DNA of 18,954 nt from Candidatus Caldarchaeales archaeon (GCA_039630055.1 JBCNVN010000028.1:1-18954); one strand, 5' to 3'; shown: positions 1-7,537, counted from the stretch's first letter. The notes: a model not told the origin generated them from the letters alone. A program made the numbers and translations.

Positions 1-69
1 AAAAGGGTTCTAGTACTCGATGCATGCGTAGCTGGGAAATGGTTTAATGTTGAACCATTACGAGTTTAA
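1..69 (+). pseudogene. Truncated N-terminal fragment of a PIN-domain (VapC-like) toxin
   Basis: Frame +1 reads KRVLVLDACVAGKWFNVEPLRV-stop, matching the PIN N-terminal pattern (hhhDAShhhKWF..E). TAA falls at 67-69 and rpl10e ends at 78, so there is no room for the rest of the domain. The start lies outside the window. Confidence 0.55.
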
Positions 70-77
70 AAGTATGA

Positions 78-593
78 TTAGACTGCTATATTCTTCTTCT
101 CAGAGATTTTATTCATTACAATCGAATAATTCTTTGGTAGTTTCTTTGAAGCTAATTCTAATGCCTCTTTAGCTATTTGAACCCAGTTATCGTAGGTTAG
201 AACTCTTAATACTGGGTCGCCTGAATATACTTGTGCTGCTCTACCCACCGGTTTACCGAAAGCCCTCCTCATCCCTTCTTGAAGTCTATCAGCATGGGCT
301 CCAAAGATCATCTTATTCTCTCTCAATACGTGGTGTGGATGGGCCTTTATCTCGAGGAAGTAGTTTCCTTCACCAGCTCTTCTAGATAGATACTTGTCTG
401 CAGCTATCCTCGCAGACTCAATAGACGCATCTCTAATCTGCATATCCTCTCTAGCCACTAGCAACAATTCATAAGTATAGTCTTCTCTATATGTTCCCAT
501 CGAGTACTTGCTTATCCTAGGATGTGGGGGGCCATGGATATAATCGCTTCTAGTGTAAGGTCTCTCAATCGCTCTCCAGTTCTTAGCCTTCAT
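78..593 (-). CDS. rpl10e: 50S ribosomal protein L10e (uL16)
   Basis: Motifs PYTR..YI.G.P, IESARIAA, HPHHVLRENKM, GADRLQ-like HADRLQEGMRRAFGKPVG and KLP. The probable start is the second Met (ATG at 593; the ORF track starts at 620). Confidence 0.95.
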   Translation of the reverse strand: MKAKNWRAIERPYTRSDYIHGPPHPRISKYSMGTYREDYTYELLLVAREDMQIRDASIESARIAADKYLSRRAGEGNYFLEIKAHPHHVLRENKMIFGAHADRLQEGMRRAFGKPVGRAAQVYSGDPVLRVLTYDNWVQIAKEALELASKKLPKNYSIVMNKISEKKNIAV

Positions 594-788
594 TCTAGCA
601 CTACTGATAAGAGCTATCATTTAAAGATGTCGATTTAGAAGAAAGAGGGGTAAAGAGAAGTTATCTTAATTGCTTTAATAGAATTTCCAGCGATCTACGA
701 TATGAATAATCTATAGATGAAATCTAAGGTCATGGCAAACCTCCCCCTATTATCAGATTTCAATAGTGTCCTTAACAGTATCTTTAAA

Positions 789-1565
789 TTATCGATTAAT
801 CAGCCTTCTAGAATTATTTAAGATGAATTTCACAGACTCGTAAAGTTCACTTGGATTTAGAGAGTATATTCTTTTCTCCAATCTTTCTTTGAGTGGGCCA
901 CATTCTACCTCTCTAAGATCTAACCCGACCTTTTTTGAAAGGGATCTGAGTACTGTATTCAGCTTCTTCATCTTCTGAGTAAACAATATCTTTATGAATC
1001 TCAACTCTTCTTCCCCATAAAGTATAGAGTTATCTCTTCTCTCCATCGATAATATTACTGAATCAACCCTCGGTATAGGTTTAAACACACTACGAGGTAC
1101 TTCTTCAACTATCTCAGACTTATAAAATAGATCTGTTAAAAATGACGTGTAAACATATTTCTTTGTACCTGGCTTTGAAGTAAGCTTCTGAGCAAACTCT
1201 CTCTGTAAAGTTAATACTATCTTTTCAGGGAGCTTGAGTATAAGCCATTGGAGAAGCCTTGTAGAGATCTGGTATGGGGGGTTCGATACAACCTTATTGA
1301 ACCCGGAAACATCCACCCTCAAGATATCTCCAGTAATTAGTTCAACATTGCTATACTCAGAGATCCTGAGATAAGCCTTTGAGGCCAGCTTTTCATCTAT
1401 CTCTACCGCTACAACTTTACCAGCTCTCTCTGCCAGCCTCCAAGTCAATTCTCCAGTTCCCGCTCCTACTTCAAGTACCACATCCCTACTCGAGATCTCA
1501 CCATAATCTACAAGCCTATCTAGAATAGTGCTATCTAGCAAGAAGTGTTGTCCAAGTCTTCTCAT
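789..1565 (-). CDS. rsmA: 16S rRNA adenine dimethyltransferase (KsgA/RsmA/Dim1)
   Basis: LGQHFL, VLEVGAGTG, VEID, SNPPY, LQREFA and F.P.PRVDS motifs; 4-nt overlap with the DUF655 stop. Confidence 0.95.
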   Translation of the reverse strand: MRRLGQHFLLDSTILDRLVDYGEISSRDVVLEVGAGTGELTWRLAERAGKVVAVEIDEKLASKAYLRISEYSNVELITGDILRVDVSGFNKVVSNPPYQISTRLLQWLILKLPEKIVLTLQREFAQKLTSKPGTKKYVYTSFLTDLFYKSEIVEEVPRSVFKPIPRVDSVILSMERRDNSILYGEEELRFIKILFTQKMKKLNTVLRSLSKKVGLDLREVECGPLKERLEKRIYSLNPSELYESVKFILNNSRRLINR

Positions 1566-2155
1566 ATCTCTCTAGCTTGGCTGATAGGTTCTCTAACGAA
1601 TATCCTATGCCTTTCCTCTACATTCATCAACTCATACAGTATTCGGTTGGTCAATGCTTTGATAGGATCCTGCAATCCTACACGTTTCTTTAAGTCTTCA
1701 TAACTTGAGAAAGATTGAATCTCTCTCTCCTCTAATATCTTCAATGCAATCTTCTTACCGATTCCAGGGATTAGTTCTAGTGCATGCATTCTTGGAGTAA
1801 CTGGTGTAGAAACGTTAAAGAACTCGATAAATCTCTTCTCATCACTCTCCACAATCTTTCTAACTATATTCGGTATCTCATTCTTAGCATTCTGGGTTAG
1901 ATCATCATAACGTATCCTCCTAATTATCCTAATTATACTTCTAGGAACATCTCTTCCAATATACATTCTTATTCCGATCATCGGTCTATGTTTTGAAGAG
2001 ATTGCCGCCTCAAGAAGTGTGAAGAATTGTTCACCTAAAAGTTGTGCAATCAGCTCATTCTTGCCTACCATTATGTTTTGTTGAGTTGGGCGATTCTCAG
2101 GAGAAAACAAGTCGAGGACATAAGCGAAATCTTCATACTTCTTATATCTATACAA
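1562..2155 (-). CDS. DUF655 family putative nucleic-acid-binding protein (HhH)
   Basis: E..AYVLD, AQLLGEQFFTLLE and RMHALELIPGIGKK motifs; conserved position between rpoF and ksgA; TTG start. Confidence 0.9.
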   Translation of the reverse strand: MYRYKKYEDFAYVLDLFSPENRPTQQNIMVGKNELIAQLLGEQFFTLLEAAISSKHRPMIGIRMYIGRDVPRSIIRIIRRIRYDDLTQNAKNEIPNIVRKIVESDEKRFIEFFNVSTPVTPRMHALELIPGIGKKIALKILEEREIQSFSSYEDLKKRVGLQDPIKALTNRILYELMNVEERHRIFVREPISQAREI

Positions 2156-2190
2156 ATACTCTCACATCCCATAATGTTTATACTTCTAAA

Positions 2191-2550
2191 CTACTCTTGT
2201 AGATCTTCCTTCAAAAACTTCTTTACCGTATCGATTATCGCTTTTAATTTGTCTTCTGAGAAAAGTAAGAATGATACTAGACGTTTGTAACCGCTCAAGA
2301 TGGAGCGTAACTCTTCTACATGTGTTGGACAGATATCCGCTATCTGCACTGCTTCTTCACGGGTTAATTCAAATCTGGTAACCAGCTCTTCAATCAATTC
2401 TTCAGCATCCTTACTAGACAATTTAGAATATTTTCTAGTATATTCAAGAACTCGGAGCTGTAACGAGTCGAGACTCCCTTCTCTCTGCTCCAGGATCTCT
2501 TTTACTTCAGGAAGTGATAAAGGCTTTTGGGAGATAACCTTCTTAGACAT
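2191..2550 (-). CDS. rpoF: DNA-directed RNA polymerase subunit F (Rpo4)
   Basis: LSLPEVKEIL...LEY..KYSKLS...AVQIADICP....ELRSIL; lies immediately downstream of rpl21e as in the conserved archaeal cluster. Confidence 0.92.
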   Translation of the reverse strand: MSKKVISQKPLSLPEVKEILEQREGSLDSLQLRVLEYTRKYSKLSSKDAEELIEELVTRFELTREEAVQIADICPTHVEELRSILSGYKRLVSFLLFSEDKLKAIIDTVKKFLKEDLQE

Positions 2551-2844
2551 CTATCCACCCCACTCTGTTAGATGATCTGGTAAGATTATTAACTTCTTTA
2601 ACTTATCTCCTAAAGCAATCGAGATTATGTAGGCTTTACCACGTCTTCCTATGACCTCACCTACTCTACCATGATATCTTCTATGGGGGGCTCCTCTCTG
2701 CACTGAGGGGTCTATTCTTATTACAACTTTATCTCCAGGTTTAAACTCTCTTAAGTATATTTCAGGTTTAGCTCCACTTCTAGCTCCTCTAGGTCGGGTA
2801 AGTATACTCCTCGATTTACGTCTAAAACCCTTAGACTTCGGCAT
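2551..2844 (-). CDS. rpl21e: 50S ribosomal protein L21e
   Basis: MPKSKGFRRKSR, F..GDKV.I.IDPSVQRGAPHRRYHGRVGEV, G.K.K.L...PDHL. Confidence 0.96.
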   Translation of the reverse strand: MPKSKGFRRKSRSILTRPRGARSGAKPEIYLREFKPGDKVVIRIDPSVQRGAPHRRYHGRVGEVIGRRGKAYIISIALGDKLKKLIILPDHLTEWGG

Positions 2845-3108
2845 CTTTCCATCAACTTTAATCTGTTCAACTTATTTAAAAGGTTATACGTCTATGAGTC
2901 AAGTTAATGGGTCTCATCTTAATAACTTATTTGAGGAATAGTTCTTAAACCGCCCTCTAATCATAATATCAAAGAACATTATTACTAAACACTTCGTTAT
3001 AGGTTAGACTCTTTCTATAATCCGGAGCTCAGAGATTATCCAGTAACTCTATTGGAAGAGGATTAAGAAGAAATTTCTATACTCTCAACATGAATATCTC
3101 TAGTCTTA

Positions 3109-3726
3109 CTAGATAGATGAGAACTTCCTCTTTAGCTTTTTAAATATACCTGTAACATAGTGGGTTTGGTCAGTCCTAAACTCTTCATGAGATTCGGGAG
3201 GCTGTATATAATATAAGTCTACCGTCTCCATTCCCTTGATAGTGCTCTCGATAACCTTCCTTCTATGTATTCCTAAATTAACTCTAAGAGGGATGACTTT
3301 TCCCTCTTTATCTATATGGAAGATTTTAAACTTGAGATCTACTAGCTTCCTTGTCTCAGCATATTTTAATGGATCTATTACCATGGCGACAGCCTTTGGG
3401 AACATCATCTGATACCTCTTCTGGGTCTCGATATCTATAGTTGAGAGGAATAGGTCGAAGCCTGGATGTGAATGATACCATCCAACAATACTTAATCCAG
3501 GCCTCTCATGGATAAGCCACTCGTATGTTAAGGCCATGACCTCCTCATCTAGAAGAACGAACGCCGATGATGCTTTCTGGTTTCCAGAGATAGCATCCCA
3601 TATCTCTAGCACATCCTGCCTCTTCTCATATCTTCCAATCAAAAGACCTGCTACCTCTCTCTCCAGATCCATTAATGAATACTTTACAGCTTTTCCTAAA
3701 GCAAGTGGATAGATCCTTACCCTCAA
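3109..3726 (-). CDS. Rpn11-like JAMM/MPN+ metalloprotease (ubiquitin maturase/deubiquitinase)
   Basis: Complete JAMM motif: REVAGLLIG ... VGWYHSHPGFDLFLSTIDIETQ ... AMVIDP. Divergent from the ubiquitin gene; TTG start. Confidence 0.93.
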   Translation of the reverse strand: MRVRIYPLALGKAVKYSLMDLEREVAGLLIGRYEKRQDVLEIWDAISGNQKASSAFVLLDEEVMALTYEWLIHERPGLSIVGWYHSHPGFDLFLSTIDIETQKRYQMMFPKAVAMVIDPLKYAETRKLVDLKFKIFHIDKEGKVIPLRVNLGIHRRKVIESTIKGMETVDLYYIQPPESHEEFRTDQTHYVTGIFKKLKRKFSSI

Positions 3727-3754
3727 CTTTTCTCTAATCCTTAAAGACCAATGT

Positions 3755-3766
3755 AGAATATATTCT
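3755..3766. promoter_or_regulatory. Palindrome AGAATATATTCT, candidate TATA/operator for the Rpn11-like gene
   Basis: Perfect 12-bp palindrome about 30-40 nt upstream of the TTG at 3726. It shares the ATATATTC core with the repeats before E1 and the small RING gene. Confidence 0.4.
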
Positions 3767-3861
3767 TGATTTTATCTAAAATTCTCGTATACTAAATGTA
3801 GTTGCAGAGTTAGTTTCTACATATTCTCCATGAATTTCTCGAGATACATAATGTATAAATG

Positions 3862-3873
3862 TTTATATATAAA
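3862..3873. promoter_or_regulatory. Palindromic TATA box TTTATATATAAA upstream of ubiquitin
   Basis: Archaeal TATA consensus 35-46 nt before the ATG at 3908, with an SD-like GAGGG at 3893-3897 in between. Confidence 0.55.
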
Positions 3874-3907
3874 TCTAGAAGAATTAGCTCTAGAGGGCGA
3901 TGGTTTA

Positions 3908-4168
3908 ATGAAGGTTAAAGTCGTCCCTGCGGTAGGCGGTGGAAGCCCGATAGAATTAGAAGTAATGCCTTCAACTACTGTTGGAGCTATTAGAGCTAAG
4001 GTATGTGCTATGAAGAAGCTTCCCCCAGACACTACTAGACTAACTTTTAGGGGAAGAGCATTGAAAGATACTGAGACACTTCAAGATATTGGAGCACAAG
4101 ATGGAGATAAGCTAGTATTGATAACTAGAACTGTAGGGGGATTTAATTGTGTATGCGGAGCTCCCTGA
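3908..4168 (+). CDS. Eukaryote-like ubiquitin precursor (78-aa mature protein ending in GG plus an 8-aa C-terminal propeptide)
   Basis: Beta-grasp pattern MKVKVV...IELEV.PSTTV..IRAKV......PP...RLTFRGR.L.D.ETL.D......D.L.LITRTVGG followed by FNCVCGAP. The real start is ATG 3908; the ORF-track extension from 3830 runs over the promoter. Confidence 0.93.
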   Translation: MKVKVVPAVGGGSPIELEVMPSTTVGAIRAKVCAMKKLPPDTTRLTFRGRALKDTETLQDIGAQDGDKLVLITRTVGGFNCVCGAP

Positions 4169-4628
4169 GCTCCTATGGTATAAGAGGTTAGCGTTAGAAT
4201 ATAAACTAGTACATGAGCATGAACCTCTCTTCGATATAGTTGATGGAGATTTAACACATTATAAGGGTATAATAATAGGTGGAGGGCTTTATGAAGGAGG
4301 ATATTTTAAAGTAGAGATCCTTATACCTCGTTCTTTCCCATATGCTCCTCCAGAAGTTGTTTGGTGGACACGTATATGGCATCCAAACTTTACCGATGAG
4401 GTTCCTCCAAGAATATGTGAATCAGTATTTAAAGAAGATTGGTCTCCATCCCTTCACATAATAACACTAATAGAAACTCTTAGAAACCTCCTCAATAATC
4501 CTAATCCAGAAGATCCTCTAAATACCATAGCGGCCATGGAGATGAAGTTTAGACCAGATATATTTGAAGCGAGGGTCAGACAGTATATTGATTTATTTGC
4601 TAGACCTGAACAGGCTTTAACCCGTTAA
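4149..4628 (+). CDS. Ubiquitin-conjugating enzyme E2-like
   Basis: KRLALE, YEGG.F, FPY.PP, IWHPNF...ICES (catalytic Cys), WSPS and PNPEDPLN motifs. The GTG start overlaps the ubiquitin propeptide codons by 20 nt. Confidence 0.95.
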   Translation: MYAELPELLWYKRLALEYKLVHEHEPLFDIVDGDLTHYKGIIIGGGLYEGGYFKVEILIPRSFPYAPPEVVWWTRIWHPNFTDEVPPRICESVFKEDWSPSLHIITLIETLRNLLNNPNPEDPLNTIAAMEMKFRPDIFEARVRQYIDLFARPEQALTR

Positions 4629-4647
4629 ATAGATATAGAGAGCCTAG

Positions 4648-4662
4648 AATGAAGATATATTC
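4648..4662 (+). repeat. 15-bp direct repeat AATGAAGATATATTC, copy 1 (E2-E1 spacer)
   Basis: Exact match to 5886-5900; ends 26 nt before the E1 ATG. Confidence 0.8.
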
Positions 4663-4688
4663 TAGAGATATTTTAGATTTCAGTAGGT

Positions 4689-5873
4689 ATGCAGTACTTA
4701 GAGAGATATGAAAGACAGCTTAGAATAGAAGGTTGGAGGCAAGATAAGCTCTCGAACTCTACTGTAATGATAGTTGGTGTTGGTGCAATCGGATGCGAAG
4801 TCGCTAAAAACCTGACTCTAATGGGTATAGGAGAACTTATACTAGTAGATAATGATGTGGTCGAGGTCTCCAATCTGAGTAGGCAGATGCTGTTTACGGA
4901 TAGAGACATTGGTAGACCGAAAAGCTTGGTCGCCAAAGAAAAACTTGAAGAGATGAATCCCTTTGTAAAGATTAGAGAGTACTATGAGGATGTAAGGAAA
5001 CTAGATAACAACATATTTGAAGAGGCCGATTTAATCTGCTCATGTTTAGACAACTGGCCCGTAAGAAGATGGATTAACTCCATGGCCGTAGAACTAGATA
5101 TCCCATTGATCGATGCTGCCATGGATGGATTATACGCCAATCTGCAAGTTGTAATACCTCGTAAGACCGCGTGTTTAGAATGTCATGGAGAGGATCTTAT
5201 CCCTAAAGATGTACAATTAGCGGAGTGTACTCTTAGGAGGAGGAAACCTGAAGATCTAAAGAAAGATCTAGAAGAACAGAATATAATCGTGGATCTAGAA
5301 TTGGTTAAGAAACTATTCGAGATAGGGATAAAGACATCCTTCGATATAAAATACTCTCAATCTCATATTCTTGATAAGATAGACGAAGAGACTAGGGAGA
5401 AGATTAGAGAGATTCAAGGATTACTTAAACCTAGGATGCCTGCATTACAAAGTGTTGCAGCTACAATATCTGGATTAACCACTACAGAGCTTGTGAAGAT
5501 ACTTCATGGAGAGGCTCTCGGAAAGATCTGGAAGGGGATAATAGTATATGATGGATATTCATCGAGATTTACTAGGGTGAGATTAGAAAGAAAAGAAGAA
5601 TGTTTTGTCTGTGGAGATTATGTTAAGAGCGAAGGAGTAGAGATAAGTGCTAGCCTAGATGAGAAAGTAATAGACCTGAAGAAGAAGATTGCAGAGAAAT
5701 TCAGTCTTCCAGATCCCGAGATACTCTATAAGAAATGGAGGTTAAATGATGACCAAGTGCTTAGAGAGATAGGTATAAGAGATCATGACATATTATATGT
5801 AGAGACTAGTAGGAGATTTACACCATTGACTCTTAAACTGGTCTTAATAGATTCAGAGCCTGATAAGGTCTAG
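4689..5873 (+). CDS. Ubiquitin-activating enzyme E1-like with C-terminal ubiquitin-fold domain
   Basis: RYERQ, GVGAIG, VDND.VE.SNL.RQ, CLDN...R, Zn pairs CLEC and CFVC, putative catalytic Cys in LAECT, and a C-terminal beta-grasp-like segment (V.DLKKKIA...LNDDQVLREIGIRDHDILYV). Confidence 0.93.
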   Translation: MQYLERYERQLRIEGWRQDKLSNSTVMIVGVGAIGCEVAKNLTLMGIGELILVDNDVVEVSNLSRQMLFTDRDIGRPKSLVAKEKLEEMNPFVKIREYYEDVRKLDNNIFEEADLICSCLDNWPVRRWINSMAVELDIPLIDAAMDGLYANLQVVIPRKTACLECHGEDLIPKDVQLAECTLRRRKPEDLKKDLEEQNIIVDLELVKKLFEIGIKTSFDIKYSQSHILDKIDEETREKIREIQGLLKPRMPALQSVAATISGLTTTELVKILHGEALGKIWKGIIVYDGYSSRFTRVRLERKEECFVCGDYVKSEGVEISASLDEKVIDLKKKIAEKFSLPDPEILYKKWRLNDDQVLREIGIRDHDILYVETSRRFTPLTLKLVLIDSEPDKV

Positions 5874-5885
5874 AAGATAAATATA

Positions 5886-5900
5886 AATGAAGATATATTC
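5886..5900 (+). repeat. 15-bp direct repeat AATGAAGATATATTC, copy 2 (E1-RING spacer)
   Basis: Exact match to 4648-4662; ends 20 nt before the RING ATG. Confidence 0.8.
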
Positions 5901-5920
5901 AAGATGCTATTGGAAGTAGG

Positions 5921-6181
5921 ATGGAGAAGAGGATTAGGGTAGGTCGACCAATAAGTGGTGGTTTTTGGGATCCATGGGCTGTTGAAGAAGTTAGGAAGTC
6001 CACTCCTTTACCTAAGCTTGAAGCTAAACGTATATGTGTTATCTGTTTATCGGAGATTAGTGAAGGGGCATCTATCATCGAGTGCCCATACTGTAGTGCA
6101 ATAGGTCATGAAAACTGTTTTGAAGACTGGGTAACACTTAAAGGTAAATGCCCCCTCTGCCGAAGAGCAATAACACTCTAG
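5921..6181 (+). CDS. Small RING finger protein (soluble E3 ligase, srfp-like)
   Basis: C-x2-C-x12-C-x2-C-x4-H-x2-C-x3-W-x6-C-P-x-C-R; last gene of the Ub-E2-E1 run. Confidence 0.9.
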   Translation: MEKRIRVGRPISGGFWDPWAVEEVRKSTPLPKLEAKRICVICLSEISEGASIIECPYCSAIGHENCFEDWVTLKGKCPLCRRAITL

Positions 6182-6315
6182 TAGACCGTGATTGCTAATC
6201 CCCCATATTTAATCTCAAAAATTAATAAAGCAATCTGAGGGTTTGAGAGTATTTGGAGATAAAGTTATTAAGCATTGTCTCGATATAATCTTAGTAACGG
6301 AATAAGGGTGGGAGA

Positions 6316-6705
6316 TTGACAGATTTTTCAAAGGAGGAGAAGGAGCCTAGAAAATTCGAGATAGAGATTATTCCCGAATACCTTGATACTCCAAGTGGTA
6401 AAAAGGTTGCAACATTTAATTTTGCGATGGGTGTAGCTAAAGCTCTAGAGATTATAGATGAGGCACAACTAGAATTAGAGCAGAGAGTAGAAAGGTTGGA
6501 GAGGGGAGAGAACCTTACCAAGTTACTTGAAAGATTTAATGGCTTTGAAGCTAGAATAGCCAATATAGAGAAGACTTTAACGGGTTTAGAGAAAAACCTG
6601 CAGAACGATATTGAAGATCTATCAGATAAACTCTCAGCATTGATTGATGCTTTCCACGAGCTAGCTGAGAGGGTCCAGAGAATGGAGGAGGCTCTTAAGG
6701 GTTAA
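6316..6705 (+). CDS. Hypothetical protein with a short N-terminal beta-like region and a coiled coil
   Basis: 129-aa ORF with SD-like AGGGTGGGA before the TTG; heptad-rich, E/K/L-rich C-terminal two-thirds. Confidence 0.75.
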   Translation: MTDFSKEEKEPRKFEIEIIPEYLDTPSGKKVATFNFAMGVAKALEIIDEAQLELEQRVERLERGENLTKLLERFNGFEARIANIEKTLTGLEKNLQNDIEDLSDKLSALIDAFHELAERVQRMEEALKG

Positions 6706-7537
6706 GGTAAGCCCTCCTCAATTCGGTTATAAGCCCCTCCAATCTAGCTCTCTTATCTTCCAGCTCTCTTATCTCGGTTTCAAGCCTTCTCTTCTTCTCA
6801 ATCAAAGCATTTATCTCTCCCCTCAACTGGATAACTTTCTTCTCTGCCTCTTCAACCGCCCCCTCCCTCTCTCGAAGCCTAGCTAAAGAATCTTTAAGTT
6901 CAGCCTCCCTCCTAACCAGTCTCTCAAGTCTAATCTCTCTAAGCTTAAAGTCTCTCATAATTTCTTTAACAACCTCTTCGATCCTATTCTTTGCCTCTTC
7001 TAATCCGGAAAGATATTTTTGAGATAAATCAGCGATCTTTTGTTCAAGTTCTCTCTTCTTTTCTTCAAGGGTTCTCACTTCTTCCTCCCTTAAGTTTAGT
7101 TGTCTCTCTTTAAACTCAAGGTCTTCTCTCCATCTCTTCATCTCTTCTTTCATAGTCTCTAGCTCAGTCTTTTCTTTAAGGAGCTGATTTATTTCTTGTT
7201 TAATATTCTCTCTCTCTTTAGTCAATGCTTCTACTATATCCTTTATTCCTTCTTGAACAGATAAGAGCATATTTTCATAGTATCTCACTATGGTAATTTC
7301 TTCAGATACTTTCTCAAGCTTTTCTATAAATGGCTTAAGTTTGTCTTCAAGAGCTGAAGGAAAAGCTGAGAAGGTGGAGAGAAGCGTGATCATTTTATCT
7401 ATATCTCTACCAAGATTCTCATAAGTTCTCTCAATATGGTTAATCACATCAGATTTAAAATCAGATAAATCTCTAGTGATCTTCTGTTCAAGCTCTTCAA
7501 CCCATCTCTCTTTCTTGGATGAAGAAAATATGCTCAT
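6695..7537 (-). CDS. Hypothetical long coiled-coil protein
   Basis: 280-aa ORF, nearly continuous E/K/R/L heptads. A TATA-like TTTTTTATA lies at 7574-7566, about 30 nt upstream. The 3' end overlaps the convergent gene by 11 nt. Confidence 0.8.
   Translation of the reverse strand: MSIFSSSKKERWVEELEQKITRDLSDFKSDVINHIERTYENLGRDIDKMITLLSTFSAFPSALEDKLKPFIEKLEKVSEEITIVRYYENMLLSVQEGIKDIVEALTKERENIKQEINQLLKEKTELETMKEEMKRWREDLEFKERQLNLREEEVRTLEEKKRELEQKIADLSQKYLSGLEEAKNRIEEVVKEIMRDFKLREIRLERLVRREAELKDSLARLREREGAVEEAEKKVIQLRGEINALIEKKRRLETEIRELEDKRARLEGLITELRRAYLNP

Noticed and set aside
695-747. Minus-strand mini-ORF MTLDFIYRLFIS (733-695) with a strong SD-like GGGGGAGG
   Set aside because: Only 12 codons with no recognisable similarity; it could be a gene remnant but cannot be supported.
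2551-2565. L21e ends in a C-terminal di-glycine (..EWGG) next to a ubiquitin locus
   Set aside because: L21e is not a beta-grasp protein, and the codons TGG GGT GGA are simply explained as the SD for rpoF, which starts immediately after the stop.
2042-2575. Plus-strand ORFs 2042-2290 and 2300-2575
   Set aside because: Antisense shadows of the well-supported DUF655 and rpoF genes, with no motifs.
2845-3108. 264-nt spacer between rpl21e and the Rpn11-like gene as a possible ncRNA
   Set aside because: AT-rich with no GC-rich stems, tRNA fold or convincing C/D box pair seen.
3830-3907. 26-aa N-terminal extension of ubiquitin in the ORF track
   Set aside because: It overlaps the TATA box and SD; the ubiquitin fold begins at Met 3908.
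6695-7537. Calling the long coiled coil SMC/Rad50, ESCRT-III or a SNARE
   Set aside because: No Walker motifs, hinge/hook, TM anchor or family-specific signature; heptads alone match many families.
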